This document shows, piece after piece, positions 52,610-64,000 of a stretch of 64,000 nucleotides of DNA (its first letter is position 1; every line of letters starts with the position of its first letter). Under the pieces are notes generated by a model. That model was not told the DNA's origin. It made no database searches and worked only from the letters and a program-made list of their open reading frames with translations. The stretch covers positions 125,798,001 through 125,862,000 of the forward strand of contig OZ024744.1 in assembly GCA_964016885.1 (NCBI GenBank), in the 5' to 3' direction. This DNA is from Eledone cirrhosa. Lineage: Eukaryota. Position numbers and translations under genes: made by a program.

Positions 52610-53533
52610 ACGATAGAAGACGTTCGTTACCGCTGGAGCAACGCAAATTACTCCTCGGTTGACGCCAAAAACGAACGCCTTCTCGACGGCTAGCCGCATT
52701 TCGTGATCCGCCTTTCGATTGCGCTTCCGTCGCGGAAAAAGAATTGCCTTTATAGGCCGCCGCCGCCCGACCGGACCCACGATAGAAGACGTTCGTTACC
52801 GCTGGAGCAACGCAAATTACTCCTCGGTTGACGCCAAAAACGAACGCCTTCTCGACGGCTAGCCGCATTTCGTGATCCGCCTTTCGATTGCGCTTCCGTC
52901 GCGGAAAAAGAATTGCCTTTATAGGCCGCCGCCGCCGCCCGACCGGACCCACGATAGAAGACGTTCGTTACCGCTGGAGCAACGCAAATTACTCCTCGGT
53001 TGACGCCAAAAACGAACGCCTTCTCGACGGCTAGCCGCATTTCGTGATCCGCCTTTCGATTGCGCTTCCGTCGCGGAAAAAGAATTGCCTTTATAGGCCG
53101 CCGCCGCCCGACCGGACCCACGATAGAAGACGTTCGTTACCGCTGGAGCAACGCAAATTACTCCTCGGTTGACGCCAAAAACGAACGCCTTCTCGACGGC
53201 TAGCCGCATTTCGTGATCCGCCTTTCGATTGCGCTTCCGTCGCGGAAAAAGAATTGCCTTTATAGGCCGCCGCCGCCCGACCGGACCCACGATAGAAGAC
53301 GTTCGTTACCGCTGGAGCAACGCAAATTACTCCTCGGTTGACGCCAAAAACGAACGCCTTCTCGACGGCTAGCCGCATTTCGTGATCCGCCTTTCGATTG
53401 CGCTTCCGTCGCGGAAAAAGAATTGCCTTTATAGGCCGCCGCCGCCGCCCGACCGGACCCACGATAGAAGACGTTCGTTACCGCTGGAGCAACGCAAATT
53501 ACTCCTCGGTTGACGCCAAAAACGAACGCCTTC
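52607..53533 (+). repeat. 169/172-bp spacer-like repeats, copy 2
   Basis: Matches 8234-9160. Confidence 0.85.
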
Positions 53534-53890
53534 CGGTTCGGGCGACGTAAAAGTCTGTAGCCTTTTCGCCGATCCTCGACGATTATCCGCCTTCCGAACA
53601 ACCGCCTTTCCGCCGTCACAGCAGTAGGTACTCGTCCGTCGTAATAGCCGTCATTTTAATGCAGGAGAAACGCCTAAATGCACTGCGATTGACGACGATC
53701 TACGACGCGCTTACTCTTCCTTGCTGCGACGAAGGTTTCGTTCGGCTTTTCGTCGTGGACCCGGTCAGGTCATGCCGCTGATCTCGCGTTGCGTCGTTAC
53801 CGCTGGAGCAACGCAAATTACTCCTCGTTTAACGCCAACATCGAACGCGCTTCGGTTCTCGGTCGTCGTTGTTTTGTTTCGTGCGGAAGA

Positions 53891-54075
53891 TACCTGGGTG
53901 ATCCTGCCAGTAGTCATATGCTTGTCTCAAAGCTTAAGCCATGCAAGTGGAAGTTCATGCCGTAAACGAAAATGGTGAAACCGCGAATGGCTCAGGAACC
54001 GGATCTAATCCTCGGGACCGTATTCCTCACCGCGAGGAGAGGATAACTGTGGCAATTCTAGAGCTAATACATGCA
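53891..54075 (+). pseudogene. 18S rRNA 5' fragment, copy 2
   Basis: Matches 9518-9702. Confidence 0.93.
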
Positions 54076-54079
54076 ATTG

Positions 54080-57000
54080 AGATCGGAGAGGGAGCGATCC
54101 GTCTGCTTGATTCCGATAACGAACGAGACATTCGTATCCGAAAGAACGTTTGTCTGGAAACTGGTGCAGTCAGTGAGTCGAAAAAAAAATATCTCGGTGG
54201 TAGTAGCAAATATTCGAACGAGACATTCGTATGCGAAAGAACGTTTGTCGGTGGTAGTAGCAAATATTCGAACGAGACATTCGTATGCGAAAGAACGTTT
54301 GTCTGGAAGTGGCGATCCATGCCCGGTGGATAGTTGGTTCCGGGTTTTACTATGATTGTTGCAAAACAGAAACTTAAAGGGATTGACAGAATTTGCGATT
54401 CCGGAGAGAGGGCGATCCGTCTGCTTGATTCCGATAACGAACGAGACATTCGTATCCGAAAGAACGTTTGTCTGGAAACTGGTGAGTCAGTGAGTCGAAA
54501 AAAAAATATCTCGGTGGTAGTAGCAAATATTCGTATGCGAAAGAAAAGATCTCGGTGGTAGTAGCAAATATTCGAACGAGACATTCGTAGGCGAAAGAAC
54601 GTTTGTCGGTGGTAGTAGCAAATATTCGAACGAGACATTCGTATGCGAAAGAACGTTTGTCGGTGGTAGTAGCAAATATTCGAACGAGACATTCGTATGC
54701 GAAAGAACGTTTGTCTGGAAGTGGCGATCCATGCCCGGTGGATAGTTGGTTCCGGGTTTTACTATGATTGTTGCAAAACAGAAACTTAAAGGGATTGACA
54801 GAATTTGCGATTACGGAGAGGGGGCGATCCGTCTGCTTGATTCCGATAACGAACGAGACATTCGTATCCGAAAGAACGTTTGTCTGGAAACTGGTGAGTC
54901 AGTGAGTCGAAAAAAAAAATATCTCGGTGGTAGTAGCAAATATTCGAACGAGACATTAGTATGCGAAAGAACGTTTGTCGGTGGTAGTAGCAAATATTCG
55001 AACGAGACATTCGTATGCGAAAGAACGTTTGTCGGTGGTAGTAGCAAATATTCGAACGAGACATTCGTATCCGAAAGAACGTTTGTCTGGAAACTGGTGA
55101 GTCAGTGAGTCGAAAAAAAAAATATCTCGGTGGTAGTAGCAAATATTCGAACGAGACATTCGTATGCGAAAGAACGTTTGTCGGTGGTAGTAGCAAATAT
55201 TCGAACGAGACATTCGTATGCGAAAGAACGTTTGTCTGGAAGTGGCGATCCATGCCCGGTGGATAGTTGGTTCCGGGTTTTACTATGATTGTTGCAAAAC
55301 AGAAACTTAAAGGGATTGACAGAATTTGCGATTCCGGAGAGGGGGCGATCCGTCTGCTTGATTCCGATAACGAACGAGACATTCGTATCCGAAAGAACGT
55401 TTGTCTGGAAACTGGTGAGTCAGTGAGTCGAAAAAAAAATATCTCGGTGGTAGTAGCAAATATTCGAACGAGACATTCGTATGCGAAAGAACGTTTGTCG
55501 GTGGTAGTAGCAAATATTCGAACGAGACATTCGTATGCGAAAGAACGTTTGTCTGGAAGTGGCGATCCATGCCCGGTGGATAGTTGGTTCCGGGTTTTAC
55601 TATGATTGTTGCAAAACAGAAACTTAAAGGGATTGACAGAATTTGCGATTACGGAGAGGGGGCGATCCGTCTGCTTGATTCCGATAACGAACGAGACATT
55701 CGTATCCGAAAGAACGTTTGTCTGGGAACTGGTGAGTCAGTGAGTCGAAAAAAAAATATCTCGGTGGTAGTAGCAAATATTCGTATGCGAAAGAAAAGAT
55801 CTCGGTGGTAGTAGCAAATATTCGAACGAGACATTCGTAGGCGAAAGAAAAATATCTCGGTGGTAGTAGCAAATATTCGAACGAGACATTCGTATTCGAA
55901 AGAACGTTTGTCTGGAAGTTGCGATCCATGCCCGGTGGATAGTTGGTTCCGGGTTTTACTATGATTGTTGCAAAACAGAAACTTAAAGGGATTGACAGAA
56001 TTTGCGATTCCGGAGAGGGGGCGATCCGTCTGCTTGATTCCGATAACGAACGAGACATTCGTATCCGAAAGAACGTTTGTCTGGAAACTGGTGAGTCAGT
56101 GAGTCGAAAAAAAAAATATCTCGGTGGTAGTAGCAAATATTCGAACGAGACATTCGTATGCGAAAGAACGTTTGTCGGTGGTAGTAGCAAATATTCGAAC
56201 GAGACATTCGTATGCGAAAGAACGTTTGTCGGTGGTAGTAGCAAATATTCGAACGAGACATTCGTATTCGAAAGAACGTTTGTCTGGAAGTGGCGATCCA
56301 TGCCCGGTGGATAGTTGGTTCCGGGCTTTACTATGATTGTTGCAAAACAGAAACTTAAAGGGATTGACAGAATTTGCGATTCCGGAGAGGGGGCGATCCG
56401 TCTGCTTGATTTCGATAACGAACGAGACATTCGTATCCGAAAGAACGTTTGTCTGGAAACTGGTGAGTCAGTGAGTCGAAAAAAAAAATATCTCGGTGGT
56501 AGTAGCAAATATTCGAACGAGACATTCGTATGCGAAAGAACGTTTGTCGGTGGTAGTAGCAAATATTCGAACGAGACATTCGTATGCGAAAGAACGTTTG
56601 TCGGTGGTAGTAGCAAATATTCGAACGAGACATTCGTATGCGAAAGAACGTTTGTCTGGAAGTGGCGATCCATGCCCGGTGGATAGTTGGTTCCGGGTTT
56701 TACTATGATTGTTGCAAAACAGAAACTTAAAGGGATTGACAGAATTTGCGATTCCGGAGAGAGGGCGATCCGTCTGCTTGATTCCGATAACGAACGAGAC
56801 ATTCGTATCCGAAAGAACGTTTGTCTGGAAACTGGTGAGTCAGTGAGTCGAAAAAAAAATATCTCGGTGGTAGTAGCAAATATTCGTATGCGAAAGAAAA
56901 GATCTCGGTGGTAGTAGCAAATATTCGAACGAGACATTCGTATGCGAAAGAAAAATATCTCGGTGGTAGTAGCAAATATTCGAACGAGACATTCGTATTC

Positions 57001-60000
57001 GAAAGAACGTTTGTCTGGAAGTGGCGATCCATGCCCGGTGGATAGTTGGTTCCGGGTTTTACTATGATTGTTGCAAAACAGAAACTTAAAAGGATTGACA
57101 GAATTTGCGATTCCGGAGAGAGGGCGATCCGTCTGCTTGATTCCGATAACGAACGAGACATTCGTATCCGAAAGAACGTTTGTCTGGAAACTGGTGCAGT
57201 CAGTGAGTCGAAAAAAAAATATCTCGGTGGTAGTAGCAAATATTCGAACGAGACATTCGTATGCGAAAGAACGTTTGTCGGTGGTAGTAGCAAATATTCG
57301 AACGAGACATTCGTATGCGAAAGAACGTTTGTCTGGAAGTGGCGATCCATGCTCGGTGGATAGTTGGTTCCGGGTTTTACTATGATTGTTGCAAAACAGA
57401 AACTTAAAGGGATTGACAGAATTTGCGATTCCGGAGAGGGGGCGATCCGTCTGCTTGATTCCGATAACGAACGAGACATTCGTATCCGAAAGAACGTTTG
57501 TCTGGAAACTGGTGAGTCAGTGAGTCGAAAAAAAAATATCTCGGTGGTAGTAGCAAATATTCGAACGAGACATTCGTATGCGAAAGAACGTTTGTCGGTG
57601 GTAGTAGCAAATATTCGAACGAGACATTCGTATGCGAAAGAACGTTTGTCTGGAAGTGGCGATCCATGCCCGGTGGATAGTTGGTTCCGGGTTTTACTAT
57701 GATTGTTGCAAAACAGAAACTTAAAGGGATTGACAGAATTTGCGATTCCGGAGAGGGGGCGATCCGTCTGCTTGATTCCGATAACGAACGAGACATTCGT
57801 ATCCGAAAGAACGTTTGTCTGGAAACTGGTGAGTCAGTGAGTCGAAAAAAAAATATCTCGGTGGTAGTAGCAAATATTCGAACGAGACATTCGTATGCGA
57901 AAGAACGTTTGTCGGTGGTAGTAGCAAATATTCGAACGAGACATTCGTATGCGAAAGAACGTTTGTCTGGAAGTGGCGATCCATGCTCGGTGGATAGTTG
58001 GTTCCGGGTTTTACTATGATTGTTGCAAAACAGAAACTTAAAGGGATTGACAGAATTTGCGATTCCGGAGAGGGGGCGATCCGTCTGCTTGATTCCGATA
58101 ACGAACGAGACATTCGTATCCGAAAGAACGTTTGTCTGGAAACTGGTGAGTCAGTGAGTCGAAAAAAAAATATCTCGGTGGTAGTAGCAAATATTCGAAC
58201 GAGACATTCGTATGCGAAAGAACGTTTGTCGGTGGTAGTAGCAAATATTCGAACGAGACATTCGTATGCGAAAGAACGTTTGTCTGGAAGTGGCGATCCA
58301 TGCCCGGTGGATAGTTGGTTCCGGGTTTTACTATGATTGTTGCAAAACAGAAACTTAAAGGGATTGACAGAATTTGCGATTCCGGAGAGGGGGCGATCCG
58401 TCTGCTTGATTCCGATAACGAACGAGACATTCGTATCCGAAAGAACGTTTGTCTGGAAACTGGTGAGTCAGTGAGTCGAAAAAAAAATATCTCGGTGGTA
58501 GTAGCAAATATTCGAACGAGACATTCGTATGCGAAAGAACGTTTGTCGGTGGTAGTAGCAAATATTCGAACGAGACATTCGTATGCGAAAGAACGTTTGT
58601 CTGGAAGTGGCGATCCATGCCCGGTGGATAGTTGGTTCCGGGTTTTACTATGATTGTTGCAAAACAGAAACTTAAAGGGATTGACAGAATTTGCGATTCC
58701 GGAGAGGGGGCGATCCGTCTGCTTGATTCCGATAACGAACGAGACATTCGTATCCGAAAGAACGTTTGTCTGGAAACTGGTGAGTCAGTGAGTCGAAAAA
58801 AAAATATCTCGGTGGTAGTAGCAAATATTCGAACGAGACATTCGTATGCGAAAGAACGTTTGTCGGTGGTAGTAGCAAATATTCGAACGAGACATTCGTA
58901 TGCGAAAGAACGTTTGTCTGGAAGTGGCGATCCATGCCCGGTGGATAGTTGGTTCCGGGTTTTACTATGATTGTTGCAAAACAGAAACTTAAAGGGATTG
59001 ACAGAATTTGCGATTCCGGAGAGGGGGCGATCCGTCTGCTTGATTCCGATAACGAACGAGACATTCGTATCCGAAAGAACGTTTGTCTGGAAACTGGTGA
59101 GTCAGTGAGTCGAAAAAAAAATATCTCGGTGGTAGTAGCAAATATTCGAACGAGACATTCGTATGCGAAAGAACGTTTGTCGGTGGTAGTAGCAAATATT
59201 CGAACGAGACATTCGTATGCGAAAGAACGTTTGTCTGGAAGTGGCGATCCATGCCCGGTGGATAGTTGGTTCCGGGTTTTACTATGATTGTTGCAAAACA
59301 GAAACTTAAAGGGATTGACAGAATTTGCGATTACGGAGAGGGGGCGATCCGTCTGCTTGATTCCGATAACGAACGAGACATTCGTATCCGAAAGAACGTT
59401 TGTCTGGAAACTGGTGAGTCAGTGAGTCGAAAAAAAAATATCTCGGTGGTAGTAGCAAATATTCGTATGCGAAAGAAAAGATCTCGGTGGTAGTAGCAAA
59501 TATTCGAACGAGACATTCGTAGGCGAAAGAAAAATATCTCGGTGGTAGTAGCAAATATTCGAACGAGACATTCGTATTCGAAAGAACGTTTGTCTGGAAG
59601 TTGCGATCCATGCCCGGTGGATAGTTGGTTCCGGGTTTTACTATGATTGTTGCAAAACAGAAACTTAAAGGGATTGACAGAATTTGCGATTCCGGAGAGG
59701 GGGCGATCCGTCTGCTTGATTCCGATAACGAACGAGACATTCGTATCCGAAAGAACGTTTGTCTGGAAACTGGTGAGTCAGTGAGTCGAAAAAAAAAATA
59801 TCTCGGTGGTAGTAGCAAATATTCGAACGAGACATTCGTATGCGAAAGAACGTTTGTCGGTGGTAGTAGCAAATATTCGAACGAGACATTCGTATGCGAA
59901 AGAACGTTTGTCGGTGGTAGTAGCAAATATTCGAACGAGACATTCGTATTCGAAAGAACGTTTGTCTGGAAGTGGCGATCCATGCCCGGTGGATAGTTGG

Positions 60001-60786
60001 TTCCGGGCTTTACTATGATTGTTGCAAAACAGAAACTTAAAGGGATTGACAGAATTTGCGATTCCGGAGTAGGGGGCGATCCGTCTGCTTGATTTCGATA
60101 ACGAACGAGACATTCGTATCCGAAAGAACGTTTGTCTGGAAACTGGTGAGTCAGTGAGTCGAAAAAAAAAATATCTCGGTGGTAGTAGCAAATATTCGAA
60201 CGAGACATTCGTATGCGAAAGAACGTTTGTCGGTGGTAGTAGCAAATATTCGAACGAGACATTCGTATGCGAAAGAACGTTTGTCGGTGGTAGTAGCAAA
60301 TATTCGAACGAGACATTCGTATGCGAAAGAACGTTTGTCTGGAAGTGGCGATCCATGCCCGGTGGATAGTTGGTTCCGGGTTTTACTATGATTGTTGCAA
60401 AACAGAAACTTAAAGGGATTGACAGAATTTGCGATTCCGGAGAGAGGGCGATCCGTCTGCTTGATTCCGATAACGAACGAGACATTCGTATCCGAAAGAA
60501 CGTTTGTCTGGAAACTGGTGAGTCAGTGAGTCGAAAAAAAAATATCTCGGTGGTAGTAGCAAATATTCGTATGCGAAAGAAAAGATCTCGGTGGTAGTAG
60601 CAAATATTCGAACGAGACATTCGTATGCGAAAGAAAAATATCTCGGTGGTAGTAGCAAATATTCGAACGAGACATTCGTATTCGAAAGAACGTTTGTCTG
60701 GAAGTTGCGATCCATGCCCGGTGGATAGTTGGTTCCGGGCTTTACTATGATTGTTGCAAAACAGAAACTTAAAGGAATTGACAGAA
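54080..60786 (+). repeat. rRNA-derived satellite, copy 2
   Basis: Same unit order and variants as 9707-16413. Confidence 0.92.
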
Positions 60787-60816
60787 TTTTCGAATCGACA
60801 TCAACTCGGCTACGGC

Positions 60817-61161
60817 TATCCCGTCGAGTACGAGAGTATCGCGGGATCAGAGCAACGGTTTGCTAGGCTGCCTCTGAGCGATAACGGCTGAACGCCTCCT
60901 CTAAGCCGGAACCCTAGCCGGACCCGAGTTGTTTTTCGACAAGCGTCTCGACCTTCTTAAGGCCCATGCCTTAGTTTGGCGATTGCCGTCCGTTCGCCGA
61001 CGGCGGCAGCGTCAGCGGAAATGCCATTCTGTGACGACTACGACGATTCGTCGTCGTCGTCGTCCATTCGATTTCCTGAAAGAGATAGAGACTAAAGTGA
61101 TCAAATTGTTCGGAGTTACGTGCTTAGTAGAGCAGCTACCACACTGCAATCTATTGAGAGT
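60817..61161 (+). pseudogene. 28S rRNA 3' fragment, copy 2
   Basis: Matches 16444-16788. Confidence 0.85.
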
Positions 61162-62594
61162 TTTCTGACGAACGATACAATCCGCCCACGTGGCGCCAGA
61201 AAGGGAGAAGAAAAGAAAAGTTAGACGCCGCCGATCGATCGGTTCGTTGTTTTACGTGTACACAGCTTGTGTGTGTGTCTGTATGTGATACAAGCCGCCT
61301 ATCCGTCTTCCAAGTAAGTTTTGTGTGTAGACTGCGGAAAGAAATCCAATCCGCCGTCTAGGCGGTTCTGCCGCCGACCCATACTTTTGCGAGTCGCTCC
61401 CGGGAAAGACAGGCGGCAAGACGGCGTGTATACACGACGCCTTCCGTCTTCCGCCTCGAACCCGGGCAAACGTTCCTTTATTCGTCCACGCCTTCCCGCT
61501 TCGATCGCGAGAAAGTAATCAATCTGTTTTGTGTGTGTGTCTGTGTGTGATACAAATTTGTTTTCTTAATTTGATAACCATGAATTGTTTCAACACCGGC
61601 CCTTTTAAGGGCCACTTATATTTTCAATAATCAGTTTAAATGGGTTGCACCGTAGCCACTTGGTAATACACTGCAAATCTCCCGTCAATCTATGAAGGTT
61701 TTGTAGTAGATTAGATCAAAACACAATCAGCAAGACAGTAATGGAATGAATAATATAAACATTTGTTTATAATTAAAGCCTTAAGATGTCCCTCCCTCCC
61801 TCCCTTCCTCCCTTCCTTCCTTCCTTCCTTCCTTCCTTACGATATACACTTTAATAACATTGAAACTTATTTAATAAGTTTAAATTTTAAACACTTTTTA
61901 TTCAGACGTACCGCGATAAGTAACTAGATATGTTCTAACGAATAATCCGCGATGTGGCGAGGATTACCGCGATAGGAAATTAGATACGTTCCAAAGAAAT
62001 ATCCGCGAAAAGTGAACCGCGATATAGCGGGTTCACCAGCCAGTGTATTACTGGTACTTTATTTTATCGACCCCCATAAGGATGAAAGGCAAAGTTAACT
62101 GTGCAATAACAAAGGGAGATAACCTCGTCTTTTTTTTTTTACGGAGTTATTTCCCTTTAAATTTTATCTATTACTTATGATGATACAATTTAATCAGTTC
62201 TTAGCTGTCGAGACACTGCATCCTTTAAAACCTCCATGGAACAAGCTACCTGCAACAGTTGTTAGCTGTCGAGACACTGCATCTTTTAAAACCTCCATGG
62301 AACAAACTACCTGCATCAGTTGTTAGGGTCTGAGTTCAAATCACGCCGAGGAGGTTAACTTTGCCTTTCATCCTTACGGGGTCGGTCGGAAAACGAACCA
62401 TTCCCGGTTCGCTTTCGAAGCGGGTTTCCGAAAACAGCGCTTCTCTCGACCGGGCCCGTCGTCCGCTCGGCGGTGGTTTTCATCGTCCCAGGCACGGCTA
62501 ACAGGCGGAGACGGGACAAACGCGCGTGTTCCTTTTTTTATCAGCCGCAGCGCCGTTCGTATATATGCTTAGGTTGTTTTTTTTTTAAATATCC

Positions 62595-62825
62595 TAAGTT
62601 AAGTTGGGGCTAAGTTAAGTTGGGGCTAAGTTAAGTTGAGGTTAAGTTGAGTTGGGGTTAAGTTAAGTGGGGGTTAAGTTAAGCTGGGGTTAAGTTAAGT
62701 TGAGGTTAAGTTAAGTTGGGGTTAAGTCAAGTTGGGGTTAAGTTAAGTTGGGGTTAAGTTAGGTTGGGGTTAAGTTAGGTTGGGGTTAAGTTAAGTTGGG
62801 GTTAAGTTAGGTTGCGGTTAAGTTA
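62595..62825. repeat. Telomere-like 16-bp repeat, copy 2
   Basis: Matches 18222-18452. Confidence 0.88.
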
Positions 62826-62827
62826 CA

Positions 62828-64000
62828 TTCGCCGCCGGACTTCAGCTTCCTCATTTAGCATGGGCAGTCTTTCTTGAAAATCACACCACACACAGCAAAT
62901 GTGTGTCCGCACATGTACCAGTAATTACAGATCGATTCCGGTGAAAATTCACTGAAAACGGGCCATCCGGCCCTGTGCGTCGATCGTGGGCCGGCCGGAT
63001 GTTGACGGATCGATGTGTAATTAGAAGTACATGTGCGGACACTCATTGGCTGTGCGTGGTATGCATTTCAGCAAGATATCTCCGTAACATCAAGAGTTAT
63101 GGCTGTGGAGGCACACCTAGTCAAACGTAAACAAGGTCTGGAGCGTTTACGCTTCGCGATTTTGTTTACGTTTGACTAGGTGTGCCTCCACAGCCACAAC
63201 TCTTGATGTTACGGAGATATCTTGCTGAAATGCATACCGCGCACAGCCAATGAGTGTCCGCACATGTACTTCTAATTACACATCGATCCGTCAACATCCG
63301 GCCGGCCCACGATCGACGCACAGGGCCGGATGGCCCGTTTTCAGTGAATTCTCACCGGAATCGATCTGTAATTACTGGTACATGTGCGGAGACACATTTG
63401 CTGTGTGTGGTGTGATTTTCAAGAAAAACTGCCCATGCTAAATGAGGAAGCTGAAGTCCGCCGGCGAATGGTGTGCTTCGAAGAAAACTAATTCGAAAAT
63501 GACCGTTTGCAGGCGGAGTAACCTTTTCGATCGTGGGCCAGCCGCCCGTGGTGGGATCCATCTGTAATTACTGGTACATGTGCGGACATACATTTGCTGT
63601 GTGTGGTGTGATTTTCAAGAAGAACTGCCCATGCTAAATGAGGAAGCTGAAGTCCGCCGGCGAATGGTGTGCTTCGAAGAAAACTAATTCGAAAATGACC
63701 GTTTGCAGGCGGGGTAACCTTTTCGATCGTGGGCCAGCCGCCCGTGGTGGGATCCATCTGTAATTACTGGTACATGTGCGGACACACATTTGCTGTGTGT
63801 GGTGTGATTTTCGAGAAAGACTGCCCATGCTAAATGAGGAAGCTGAAGTCCGCCGGCGAATGGTGTGCTTCGAAGAAAACTAATTCGAAAATGACTATTT
63901 GCCGGCGGAATCACCTTTTCGGTCCTGGTCCGGCCGGATCTTGCCGGATCGATCGGAAATTTGTGGACCATGTTCGGAAGGCCATTGTGCATGTGTGGTG
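62828..64000. repeat. Palindromic satellite, copy 2 (truncated by window end)
   Basis: Matches 18455-19627. Confidence 0.9.

Larger units (their letters stand above)
44373..64000. repeat. 44.37-kb macro-repeat unit, copy 2 (partial, equals 1-19627)
   Basis: Near-identical; by eye only one SNP (~1460 vs ~45832), a +2 (CA)n change and a 1-bp T indel (~2700). Confidence 0.97.

Overview
AT-rich, repeat-dense metazoan DNA. An octopus/cephalopod origin is inferred from the SINE, RTE and CR1 content and is not proven. No host protein-coding gene is visible. The window is about 1.44 copies of a near-identical 44.37-kb unit (1-44372, restarting at 44373). Each unit contains a CpG-rich degenerate rDNA-like cassette (~8144-18452) in this order: (CCCTAA)n tract, 169/172-bp spacer-like repeats with a TATAGG motif, ETS-like DNA, the true 5' end of 18S, a 6.7-kb satellite built from spliced 18S and 28S fragments that replaces the rRNA body, a decayed 28S 3' end with a mutated sarcin-ricin loop, and a G-rich telomere-like tract. 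The rest of the unit holds a 5.6-kb palindromic satellite ending near a Helitron-like 3' end, a 3.7-4.1-kb triplication of RTE/MITE/Helitron debris, minisatellites and SINEs. It also holds one CR1 LINE with an intact 921-aa APE-RT ORF that lacks an upstream ATG and overlaps ORF1 at a G GGA AAC -1 slippery site. Almost all other listed ORFs are repeat artefacts.
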